Below are positions 8,581 to 16,979 of a DNA stretch of 64,000 nucleotides, piece after piece. Under the pieces are notes generated by a model, which did not search any database, was not told where the DNA came from, and worked only from the letters and a program-made list of their open reading frames with translations. Source of the DNA: Clostridiales bacterium (GTDB taxonomy: Bacteria; Bacillota; Clostridia; Christensenellales; Aristaeellaceae); assembly GCA_015056125.1 (NCBI GenBank), contig SVGW01000003.1, positions 353 through 64,352 on the forward strand, in the 5' to 3' direction. Position numbers and translations under genes: made by a program. Positions within the stretch are counted from its first letter, which is position 1. Each line of letters begins with the position of its first letter.

Positions 8581-10620
8581 ATGCTGGCAATTGCGTATTT
8601 TTTATTATATGAGGTGTGCGGCTTGGCCATTATTGGCCTGCTAAGGCCCCAAATTCGCCCGATCCCCAGGGCATGGCTGGGGCTGTGCCTGGGTCTGGTG
8701 CTGATGATGTGGCTGCCCGCTCTGTGCGCCTTGATCTGGGATTTTACGCTGGCGGCGCATCTTTGGGCCATGGTGCCTTTGTTTCTGCTGGTTGGGGGCG
8801 CTTATCTGGGCAGGGACAGGCGATCTCCCATGCCATTTGGGGATGAAGATAAAAAACAGCTTCGGCTGCTGCTTTTTACGGCGCTGCCCCTGACGCTTGT
8901 GGGCGCCTATCTTCAGTGGACCCATAATATCATGCCCGCTTCGGATGGATCCTTGCACGTGGGGCAGAGCACCTACGGCGATCTTCCCTTGCATCTTTCC
9001 ATTATTACCAGCCTGCGTAATGCCTCCTTTCCGGCGGATTACAGCATTTTCCCCGGGGAATTGCTCTCTTATCCCTTTCTCACCGATTCCCTGTCCACCA
9101 CCCTGATGCTCTTTGGCTTTTCCCTTCGGGCATCGGTGGTGTTTCCGGGGATTTGGATGATGGCTCTCACCTTTTCCGGCTATATGCTCCTTTCCATCCG
9201 CGTGGCTGATACGAAAAAGGGCGCGGTGCTGGCCACGCTGTTTTTCTTTATCAATGGCGGCCTGGGATTCTTTTATCTGTTTGATATGCAGGGCGCGGTG
9301 CTGGGCAGCAGCGGCGAAAATGAATTGCAGAGCGTGGCGGGGCTTTGGAACCGGATCGAGGCCGTGCTTCACGGCTGGTATCAAACCCCTGCCAACCATG
9401 CGGAATTCACCACCTACAATCTGCGATGGAGCAATGTGATTGTGGATATGATGGTGCCTCAACGCACTACCTTGGGCGGCTGGACCCAGCTTTTGCCCTG
9501 CCTGTATCTATTATATGATGGCATACGCCCGGAAAATGCTCAGAAAGCGGGCATTTCTATGGCAATTACTCAGGATGGCCCCACGGCGGTATATGTGAAG
9601 CGGAGGATGGATGGGCGGCAAGCGATTTTGCTGGGCATCTGGGCCGGCATGCTGCCCATGATCAACACCCATTGCTTCCTGGCATTGGGCCTTTTGAGCA
9701 TGGGCTGGATGGCGTATGATTTGATCCAAAGCCGGGGCCAGCGCATGCGGGCGCTGCTTTTCTGGGGATGCTACGGCCTCTTGGCCGTGGCGGCAGCACT
9801 TCCCCAATTGTTTACGTGGACCTTCCGCCAATCCGTTGGCAATGAGCAATTCCTCAATTTCCAGTTCAATTGGGTAAACGGCGACCAGGGCATGCTGGAC
9901 GGATATTTCTGGTTCTATCTGAAAAATATCGGCATTCCCTTCCTGCTGATTTTACTGGCGCTGCTGGAAAAGAATGAAAAGCGCCGTTTCCTGGCATCCG
10001 GCGCCTTTGTGATCTACCTGGCGGCGGAATTGATTCAGTTCCAGCCCAATGTATACGATAATAATAAATTGCTGTATGTGTGGTACATGATCTGCGCTGT
10101 CATTGCGGCGGATTATGGCTTGGAATTGTTGGGAAAACTCAAGGGCATGCGGGCCAAGCCTGTTTTGGCCGCTCTTTGCGCTTTCGCCTGCTTCTTTACG
10201 GGCGCTCTGGCCATTGCCCGGGAATGCAAAAGCGGGTACCAGATGTTTTCCCGCCAGGAGGTTGAGGCGGCAGAATTTGTGGAAGAGCATACGGAGAAGG
10301 ACGCCACCTTCGTCACCTGGACTCAGCACATCAATTTTGTGAGCAGCCTGGCAGGGCGCAAAATCATTTGCGGCCCGGATACCTGGCTTTATTACCACGG
10401 GTTTTCCACCTGGGAGCGCCAGGTAGCCATCCGGGATTTCTATGCCGATCCCATGGGAAATCTGGATTTATTGGAGGAATATGGGGCGGATTATATTCTG
10501 GTGAGCGGCAATGAGCGCTACAACCTTACCATTGATACCCACGCCTTTGAGAATTATTTTGAAAAGGTGTACGAAAGCGAATACGGCGAAATTATAATTT
10601 ATGCCCATCCGGGGGAATAA
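8581..10620 (+). CDS. Large polytopic membrane protein, GT-C-like glycosyltransferase candidate (679 aa)
   Basis: The start MLAIAYFLLYEV follows GGAGGCAGCCAA. There are about 12 predicted TM segments plus a C-terminal soluble domain. The architecture resembles ArnT/PMT-type GT-C enzymes, but the family was not verified. Confidence 0.5.
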   Translation: MLAIAYFLLYEVCGLAIIGLLRPQIRPIPRAWLGLCLGLVLMMWLPALCALIWDFTLAAHLWAMVPLFLLVGGAYLGRDRRSPMPFGDEDKKQLRLLLFTALPLTLVGAYLQWTHNIMPASDGSLHVGQSTYGDLPLHLSIITSLRNASFPADYSIFPGELLSYPFLTDSLSTTLMLFGFSLRASVVFPGIWMMALTFSGYMLLSIRVADTKKGAVLATLFFFINGGLGFFYLFDMQGAVLGSSGENELQSVAGLWNRIEAVLHGWYQTPANHAEFTTYNLRWSNVIVDMMVPQRTTLGGWTQLLPCLYLLYDGIRPENAQKAGISMAITQDGPTAVYVKRRMDGRQAILLGIWAGMLPMINTHCFLALGLLSMGWMAYDLIQSRGQRMRALLFWGCYGLLAVAAALPQLFTWTFRQSVGNEQFLNFQFNWVNGDQGMLDGYFWFYLKNIGIPFLLILLALLEKNEKRRFLASGAFVIYLAAELIQFQPNVYDNNKLLYVWYMICAVIAADYGLELLGKLKGMRAKPVLAALCAFACFFTGALAIARECKSGYQMFSRQEVEAAEFVEEHTEKDATFVTWTQHINFVSSLAGRKIICGPDTWLYYHGFSTWERQVAIRDFYADPMGNLDLLEEYGADYILVSGNERYNLTIDTHAFENYFEKVYESEYGEIIIYAHPGE

Positions 10621-10626
10621 AATACC

Positions 10627-10881
10627 ATGGTAAAGCGTTTCCTTTTATATTCCCTGGCCCATAACCGGCCGGTGAAGGTATTGCTGGCGGACACCATGAA
10701 GTATAAAAATATTACGGTGATCACGCTGGATGAAAAGCAGGTGGGATTTTTGGCAGCGGGGCGAAAAAAGCCTCAGCGAATGCCTCTGGACCAGATTTTA
10801 TCCGCTTCCTATGCCCGGGGGGATGATGGGGATACACTCAAATACGCTGCTTTGGAGGGAAAAAATGAAAGCTTTGATTGA
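10627..10881 (+). CDS. Hypothetical protein (84 aa)
   Basis: The ORF starts 6 nt after the previous stop and overlaps the GtrA-like start by 17 nt. I recognise no motif. Confidence 0.45.
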   Translation: MVKRFLLYSLAHNRPVKVLLADTMKYKNITVITLDEKQVGFLAAGRKKPQRMPLDQILSASYARGDDGDTLKYAALEGKNESFD

Positions 10882-11344
10882 AAAAATAAAGGGTCTTTTA
10901 TCCCAGAAGGAAAAAATGCGGGAGCTGATCCTGTATGTGTTCTTTGGCGTGATGACCACGGCGGTAAACTGGGTGGTATATCTGATGATCACCGGTGTGC
11001 TGGGGCTTTCGTCCCATCCGGAAGGGAGCGCCTCTTATCTTTTGATTTCCAATATCGGCCAGGTAACAGCATGGATTATATCCGTTCTTTTTGCCTACGC
11101 CACCAATAAAAAATTTGTGTTTCAAAGCGAAACGGGGGTGCATACCGGCGCACTCCGTGAATTTTGGCTTTTTGTATCGGCCCGAATTGCTTCTCTTTTG
11201 ATCTTTGATTTGCTTTTGTTCAACGGCCTTTTGCTGCTGGGCCTGAATGATAAATGGGACAAGCTGCTGATGAACGGTCTGGTGGTTATTTTCAATTATG
11301 TGGCCAGCCGGTTTGTGGTATTTAGAAAGGGGGAGAAGAAATGA
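10865..11344 (+). CDS. GtrA-family membrane protein (polyprenol-linked sugar flippase-like)
   Basis: The start MKALIEKIKG follows GGAGGGA. It has four TM segments, the YVFFGVMTTAVNWVVY N-terminal motif and the NYVASRFVVF C-terminal motif typical of GtrA. Confidence 0.75.
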   Translation: MKALIEKIKGLLSQKEKMRELILYVFFGVMTTAVNWVVYLMITGVLGLSSHPEGSASYLLISNIGQVTAWIISVLFAYATNKKFVFQSETGVHTGALREFWLFVSARIASLLIFDLLLFNGLLLLGLNDKWDKLLMNGLVVIFNYVASRFVVFRKGEKK

Positions 11345-12891
11345 AAAGATACAATGGAGTGTTGGCGCTGGTTTTGTGCCTCCTGCTGGCAATGTCCGCC
11401 CAGGCAGAGATCAAGGAGGGCTCCAATGCATCCCGGCTGCTGGTGGTGGAAGAGGGCGTAGAGGTGTTTCTTTCCAAGGTGAAGGAATGGACGATGGTGA
11501 CTCCTGAAACGATGGAGGAAAACATGGCCCTGCTCACTGCCCTGGGGGACAGTGAGGAAGCTGTGCGCTATCGCTTTGCCAATGGCAATATTGTATTTGA
11601 GGCCTACCACAAGGGCCTGCCGGACGGACGGGTGAGATTGCAGATATTTGAAGATGAATTTACCCGCAGCGTATGGCATCTGGATGATTTGACCAAGAAG
11701 CAGTATATCGCTGTGGCCGAGGAATTGGAGGATGGCATGTTTCAGGGCTATATCCAGATGCTGAATCTGGATTATAATGCATCCACCGCCAAAGGACGCG
11801 TTATCAAGGGCGCCTTGATCGCCTATCCGCCCTTTGCTTATGAATCGGGCCGTTTTTCCCTGTCATTTTTTAATGGAAAGGCTTACCTGGCTTCCTATAC
11901 CCAAACCACGGAGGCCACGCTGAAAAAGCATTTGAAGCAGGATAATACCTATGCCCGGATGCAGGATTGGACGCCGGTGGAAGCGAGCATGAAGCTGACG
12001 GGGGAGAGGCTGCCTTCCGTGGCGGATCTGCGCACGGATTACAGCCGCCTGATTTTAAACGCCCATTCCGGCCCCTTCACCTTCACCGGCATTTCTGAAA
12101 AGGATGCCCAGGTGACCTTAAAAAACAGTGACCAGGAATGGAAAGCTGCCGTTGATAAAGAGGGCAATTATTCCGCGGAAATCATGCTGGCAGCCGGAGA
12201 AAATGAAATTATGGCGGTGGCCAACAAGGCTAAATTAGGGGAAAATACCCTTTCCCGTATCATTTCTGTGGATGATGCCATGGCGGCGCTGGAACTGAAC
12301 GAGTATCCCTACGATTTTGTGATCCGGGATGAGATTCGGTTGGCCGGTAAGGCTTCTTCCGGGGCCAAGGTAACGGTGAAAGTGGATGGTGGGGAACCGG
12401 CCAGCGTTTCTGTGGAGGCGGACGGCTCCTTTGCCTATGAACTGGAGGCCGAAGACTGGGTGGAGCACACCGTTGAAATCACGGCCAGCGAGGATGGAAA
12501 GGAGGATTGCACAGCCAAATTCTCCTTTACGCCGGAATATGAGGATGCAGCAAAGGGAATCAAGGCCTACGGAAAAACCCTGACGGAGGGCGTAAGCGGA
12601 AAAGCCATTTCCAATGATCCCAGCGCCCATGTGGGCAGCCGGGTCAAGCTGGAAGTGTATACCAAAGAGGTGGAGCGTACCGATGGGCGGCTGATTCTCA
12701 AAGGGAATATCAACAAGGATGAGGATATGCCCGTGATCTTGGTGTGCGACAGCTATTTGGAAGATATGATCCTGCAAAAAATGATCCTTACCGTGTATGG
12801 CGAAGTGATTGAGCCTTCTCTTACCGAAACGCCCATTCCCCGTATTCACGTGGAATATATTCAGTATCTGAAGCTGGTGTATAAGCGATAA
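11341..12891 (+). CDS. Secreted hypothetical protein (516 aa)
   Basis: It has a signal peptide (MKRYNGVLALVLCLLLAMSAQA), a 4-nt ATGA overlap with the GtrA stop, and a beta-rich C-terminal half that may be Ig-like. Confidence 0.65.
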   Translation: MKRYNGVLALVLCLLLAMSAQAEIKEGSNASRLLVVEEGVEVFLSKVKEWTMVTPETMEENMALLTALGDSEEAVRYRFANGNIVFEAYHKGLPDGRVRLQIFEDEFTRSVWHLDDLTKKQYIAVAEELEDGMFQGYIQMLNLDYNASTAKGRVIKGALIAYPPFAYESGRFSLSFFNGKAYLASYTQTTEATLKKHLKQDNTYARMQDWTPVEASMKLTGERLPSVADLRTDYSRLILNAHSGPFTFTGISEKDAQVTLKNSDQEWKAAVDKEGNYSAEIMLAAGENEIMAVANKAKLGENTLSRIISVDDAMAALELNEYPYDFVIRDEIRLAGKASSGAKVTVKVDGGEPASVSVEADGSFAYELEAEDWVEHTVEITASEDGKEDCTAKFSFTPEYEDAAKGIKAYGKTLTEGVSGKAISNDPSAHVGSRVKLEVYTKEVERTDGRLILKGNINKDEDMPVILVCDSYLEDMILQKMILTVYGEVIEPSLTETPIPRIHVEYIQYLKLVYKR

Positions 12892-12995
12892 TACGGCGGG
12901 AAAGCGAAAGTGGGATAATTCCTGCCCGGGGGCTGGTCAAAACGACAGAATTCGTGTATAATAAATCGGATTGCATTCTAAGGAGGATGAAAGAT

Positions 12996-13961
12996 ATGCC
13001 ATTGGTTAATTCTAAGGAAATGTTCAAAAAGGCTTACGAAGGCGGCTATGCCATCGGCGCGTTCAACGTGAATAACATGGAAATCGTGCAGGGCATCACC
13101 GAGGCTGCCAAGATGGAAAATGCTCCCGTGATCCTGCAGGTGAGCAAGGGCGCTCGCGCCTATGCCAACCACACCTATCTGGTGAAGCTGGTGGAAGCGG
13201 CCATTAAGGAAACCGATCTGCCCATCGTGCTTCATCTGGACCATGGCCCTGATTTTGAAACCTGCAAGGCCTGCATTGACGGCGGCTTCTCTTCCGTAAT
13301 GATCGATGGCAGCCATCTTTCTTTCGAAGAAAATATTGCCCTGACCAAGAAGGTTGTGGATTATGCTCATGACCGCGGCGTTACCGTAGAAGGCGAACTG
13401 GGCCGTTTGGCCGGCGTGGAAGACGACGTGAAGGTGTCTGCTGAGGACAGCTCCTACACCCGTCCCGAAGAAGTGGAAGAATTCGCCACCCGCACTGGTT
13501 GCGATTCTCTGGCCATCGCCATCGGCACCAGCCACGGCGCTTATAAGTTCACCGCCGCTCAGTGCACCCGCAATGCCGAGGGCATCCTGGTGCCCCCGCC
13601 CCTGCGCTTTGACATCCTGGAAGAAGTATCCAAGCGCCTGCCCGGCTTCCCCATCGTGCTCCACGGTGCTTCCTCCGTGCCCCAGAATTTTGTGAAGATC
13701 ATCAACGAAAACGGCGGCCAGCTGCCTGACGCCGTGGGCATTCCCGAAGAACAGCTGCGCAAGGCTGCCTCCATGGCCGTTTGCAAGATCAATATCGATA
13801 GCGACCTGCGCCTGGCCTTCACCGCCATGCTGCGCAAGCATTTCAATGATCATCCCGATCATTTCGATCCCCGTCAGTACCTCACCGACGCCCGCGCTTC
13901 TTTGAAGGAAATGGTGCGGCATAAGCTGGTGAACGTGCTGGGCTGCAACGGCAAGGCCTAA
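12996..13961 (+). CDS. fba: Class II fructose-1,6-bisphosphate aldolase
   Basis: The start MPLVNSKEMFKKAYEGGYAIGAFNVNNMEIVQG follows AAGGAGG. The LHLDHG and GTSHGAYK motifs are present. Confidence 0.92.
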   Translation: MPLVNSKEMFKKAYEGGYAIGAFNVNNMEIVQGITEAAKMENAPVILQVSKGARAYANHTYLVKLVEAAIKETDLPIVLHLDHGPDFETCKACIDGGFSSVMIDGSHLSFEENIALTKKVVDYAHDRGVTVEGELGRLAGVEDDVKVSAEDSSYTRPEEVEEFATRTGCDSLAIAIGTSHGAYKFTAAQCTRNAEGILVPPPLRFDILEEVSKRLPGFPIVLHGASSVPQNFVKIINENGGQLPDAVGIPEEQLRKAASMAVCKINIDSDLRLAFTAMLRKHFNDHPDHFDPRQYLTDARASLKEMVRHKLVNVLGCNGKA

Positions 13962-13975
13962 TTAGCAAATGAAAA

Positions 13976-14000
13976 AAGTCCGCTTCGGCGGACTTTTTTG
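13976..14000. terminator. Bidirectional intrinsic terminator between fba and the radical SAM gene
   Basis: The hairpin is AAGTCCGC-TTCG-GCGGACTT, flanked by an A-run upstream and a T6 run downstream. Confidence 0.8.
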
Positions 14001-14003
14001 TGT

Positions 14004-15002
14004 TTAAAAATGGATGCTGAAATGATGGCTTTCATCATGCATGTCATATATGTCCGGATGATCCCGAAGATACATTTGCTGCCAGAGCAGGTGCAGATCG
14101 CGCATGCGGAACAGCTGCTGATTTTCAGGATTGCCATAGCGCCCGGCCAGCTCGGGCAGAGGCAGATTCTGGGCAAGGAAGTGATCATCCATGCCTTCCA
14201 GAAAAGAAATGATCTGCGCAAGGCTCATTTTTTCCAACGCATCGATATTTTGCGGTGTGGGGCAGAGGGTGAGGATGCGTTTTTGCGGAATTTCCCATTC
14301 CCCATTTTCCAGCCATTCCTGCTCCGTGAAATGGGGCAGGCGGGAAAAGTGCGCCTTTGCCCGGCTGCTTAACCTGTTAAAATCCACTTGCGTGATGCGA
14401 TCATCTCGGTAATTCCATCCCCGGCCTTTGGTGTGGGGAAGAAAAATGCGGATCTCTTTGGGGGAATAGGGAGATAACTGAGAAAGCAAATCATCCATTT
14501 GCTCCCGATTGGTTTGATAGAGGGCAATGCTGATCTGCACGAATAACCCAGCTGCCCGGGCGGCCATCAAAATGCGGAAAAGAAAATCATAATCCCCCGG
14601 TCTGCCGGCGAAGGCGTCATGGAAGTGCTTTGTTCCATAGAAGGTGAGATCAATCGTTTGAATCCCTGCTGCCTTTACTTGCCCCACCAATGCCTCCGTT
14701 TCCTGCTCATTACGGATGCGCAGGCCATTGAATTGCAGGAAATCTTTGGATGGCATTCTCATTTCCTGGCAGGAACGGATATAATCCCAAAGATCGGGAG
14801 TATCCATGCAGTAACCAATATAATATGTAAAGGATAAATCCGGGCGCAGGGCCTTGATTTCTTTTTGCAGGCGCAGTGCCAATTCTTTTCCCCTGGTATA
14901 ATCAATGCCGCTGGCCTTTCGGCAGGAGGAAAGCAGGCAATAACTGCAATGGGCCCTGCAGGGCACGCATAAATTTTCCAGGCCGATACCGACGGTTTTC
15001 AT
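14004..15002 (-). CDS. Radical SAM domain protein (orphan)
   Basis: A CX3CX2C motif (CRAHCSYC) sits at residues 15-22 of the 332-aa ORF. The RBS AAGGAGG is 4 nt before the ATG. Confidence 0.75.
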   Translation of the reverse strand: MKTVGIGLENLCVPCRAHCSYCLLSSCRKASGIDYTRGKELALRLQKEIKALRPDLSFTYYIGYCMDTPDLWDYIRSCQEMRMPSKDFLQFNGLRIRNEQETEALVGQVKAAGIQTIDLTFYGTKHFHDAFAGRPGDYDFLFRILMAARAAGLFVQISIALYQTNREQMDDLLSQLSPYSPKEIRIFLPHTKGRGWNYRDDRITQVDFNRLSSRAKAHFSRLPHFTEQEWLENGEWEIPQKRILTLCPTPQNIDALEKMSLAQIISFLEGMDDHFLAQNLPLPELAGRYGNPENQQLFRMRDLHLLWQQMYLRDHPDIYDMHDESHHFSIHF

Positions 15003-15017
15003 ACGTCCTCCTTCTTG

Positions 15018-15056
15018 AAAAAAGGGCCGGCGCAGTTTTCAGGATGCACCGGCCTT
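15018..15056 (-). terminator. Intrinsic terminator after malQ
   Basis: On the minus strand the hairpin is GGCCGGTGCA...TGCGCCGGCC followed by CTTTTTT. It ends about 10 nt before the radical SAM RBS. Confidence 0.75.
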
Positions 15057-15061
15057 TGAAA

Positions 15062-16522
15062 TTATTTGTTTTTACCGCGCTGATGGAATTGATTGAGCGC
15101 CTTCATTTCCTTTTTCAGCGCATCGGAGGGGGGAGAAGCCATGCGCCAGCCCCAATTATGGCCCACGGTGCCAGGGGTGTTCATCCGACCTTCGCTGCCC
15201 AGGCGCAGGAAATCCTGCATGGGGATGATCGCCCTTTCGGCAGGGGACGAAAGCACCTCTTCAATAAAGCACAGGGCGATATCGTCTTCTTCTGTGAATT
15301 CCAGGGTTTCCATGGCAAATTCTTTCACGCGGTCGCTGGCCTTTTCCCACCAGCCAAGCACGGTATCGTTATCATGGGTACCGGTATAGGCAACGTAATT
15401 TTCGGTGTAATTATCGGGGAAGTGGGGGTTGGTTTCATCGCCGTCAAAGCCGAAGGTGAGCACCTTCATGCCGGGATAGCCGCAGAAGCGCAAAAGCTTT
15501 TTCACCCGGTCGTTCACTTCGCCCAGGTCCTCGGCGATAATGCGCACGCCCTTCACTTCCTCCTGCACCACTTTAAAGAAGCTTTCTCCCGGGCTCTTGA
15601 TCCATTCTCCGCCCTTGGCGTTTTTTGCTCCGGCGGGAATGGAATAGTAATTGGCAAAGCCGATAAAGTGGTCCACCCGCAATAGGTCAAAAAGATTGCC
15701 CATGGCATTGAGTCGGTCGATCCACCAGGAATATTTTCTTCTGCTCAGGGTGGCCCAATTATAGAGGGGATTGCCCCAAAGCTGGCCGTCCTCAGAAAAA
15801 TAATCCGGAGGCACGCCGGCCACCTTGATGGGGCGGCAATCCTTGTCAAACTGGAAGATATCCGGATTGGTCCAGGCATCGGCGGAATCCTCGGCCACAT
15901 AGATGGGCATATCCCCAAAAAGCTGAATGCCCTTCTTGTTGGCATATTTTTTCAATGCATTCCATTGCTTGTAGAACAGATGCTGCACGAAAATATGATA
16001 GTGAATTTCTTCATTTAATTTCTCCCGCCATTTTGCCATCACGCCTTTTTTGCGCACACGAATCTCCTGGGGCCATTCCATCCAGGAGGCGCCGCCAAAG
16101 TGACCTTTCAGGGCCATAAATAAGCCGTAATCCTCGGCCCAGGGATGCTGCTTGATAAACTTTTCCATATCTTTTGAATCGGCATTGGCAAATGCCTGGC
16201 GAAGCAGCCCTTCCTTCTGGGCCCGCACCGCATCAAAATCCACGTGATCGCTGTCGGGAAGGGGAAGAAAAGCGCCATCCGGGAGCAGCCCCTCCTTTTC
16301 CAGCAGTTTCATATCAATCAAAAGAGGGTTTCCGGCAAAGGTGGATGCGCTCTGGTAGGGGGATTCGCCATAGCCTGTGGGGCCCACGGGGAGCACCTGC
16401 CAGATGGTCATCCCGGCCTGATGGAGAAAATCCGCAAAGTCGTAAGCCGCCTGGCCCAGGGTGCCGATGCCGCCGGGCTCGGGCAGAGAGGTGATATGCA
16501 GCAGAACGCCGCTTTCGCGCAT
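15062..16522 (-). CDS. malQ: 4-alpha-glucanotransferase (amylomaltase)
   Basis: The start MRESGVLLHITSLPEPGGIGTLG follows AAAGGAGG. The length and motifs fit GH77 (RVDHFIGF, GTHDNDT). Confidence 0.9.
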   Translation of the reverse strand: MRESGVLLHITSLPEPGGIGTLGQAAYDFADFLHQAGMTIWQVLPVGPTGYGESPYQSASTFAGNPLLIDMKLLEKEGLLPDGAFLPLPDSDHVDFDAVRAQKEGLLRQAFANADSKDMEKFIKQHPWAEDYGLFMALKGHFGGASWMEWPQEIRVRKKGVMAKWREKLNEEIHYHIFVQHLFYKQWNALKKYANKKGIQLFGDMPIYVAEDSADAWTNPDIFQFDKDCRPIKVAGVPPDYFSEDGQLWGNPLYNWATLSRRKYSWWIDRLNAMGNLFDLLRVDHFIGFANYYSIPAGAKNAKGGEWIKSPGESFFKVVQEEVKGVRIIAEDLGEVNDRVKKLLRFCGYPGMKVLTFGFDGDETNPHFPDNYTENYVAYTGTHDNDTVLGWWEKASDRVKEFAMETLEFTEEDDIALCFIEEVLSSPAERAIIPMQDFLRLGSEGRMNTPGTVGHNWGWRMASPPSDALKKEMKALNQFHQRGKNK

Positions 16523-16720
16523 AGAAAAGCGCCTCCTTTCAGGAAGTGTCTTTTTAAAATTGCATGGATCAAACCTTAAGAAGCCGGGAGGGCCCGGCAA
16601 CTAATTTGGTCAGATACGTTATTATAACACAAGGGCGTTAAGGGAGCAAGGGCGGGCTGCTTTTTCCCTGTTTTTCTTGTGGTTTTTCCATGAAAAGACG
16701 GAAATTGCGGCATTCAGGGC

Positions 16721-16750
16721 TTGACAGATAAAGCAACAATATCATATAAT
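16721..16750 (+). promoter_or_regulatory. Sigma-A-type promoter of the metNIQ leader
   Basis: TTGACA (16721-16726) is separated by 18 nt from TATAAT (16745-16750). Confidence 0.7.
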
Positions 16751-16795
16751 ATCATCTATCAAGTGGGCGTTATGCTCGGGAAAGGAGGCTCATCC

Positions 16796-16867
16796 ATGCG
16801 CCATTTTGCTATGCGAATGTTCATGCGTGTGAGCTTTCTCCCGCGCTTTTTGTGTTGCGCCGCTTGA
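16796..16867 (+). CDS. Candidate Met-rich leader peptide (23 aa, MRHFAMRMFMRVSFLPRFLCCAA)
   Basis: GGGAAAGGAGG (16778-16788) lies 7 nt before the ATG. Codons 1, 6, 8 and 10 are ATG. The ORF stops 20 nt before a strong terminator and about 110 nt before metN. Confidence 0.45.
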   Translation: MRHFAMRMFMRVSFLPRFLCCAA

Positions 16868-16886
16868 CATTCGCTTTCATCTGTTA

Positions 16887-16923
16887 AGCCCCGCTCGCAA
16901 AATGTGCGAGCCGGGCTTTTTTG
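16887..16923 (+). terminator. Intrinsic terminator/attenuator inside the metNIQ leader
   Basis: The hairpin is AGCCCCGCTCGCA-AAATG-TGCGAGCCGGGCT followed by a T6 run. Confidence 0.8.
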
Positions 16924-16979
16924 TTGGCAGGTCAGAGGGGGCCTTTGGCGCTGCCGGGTGAATCGGAAAGGATGCATGC

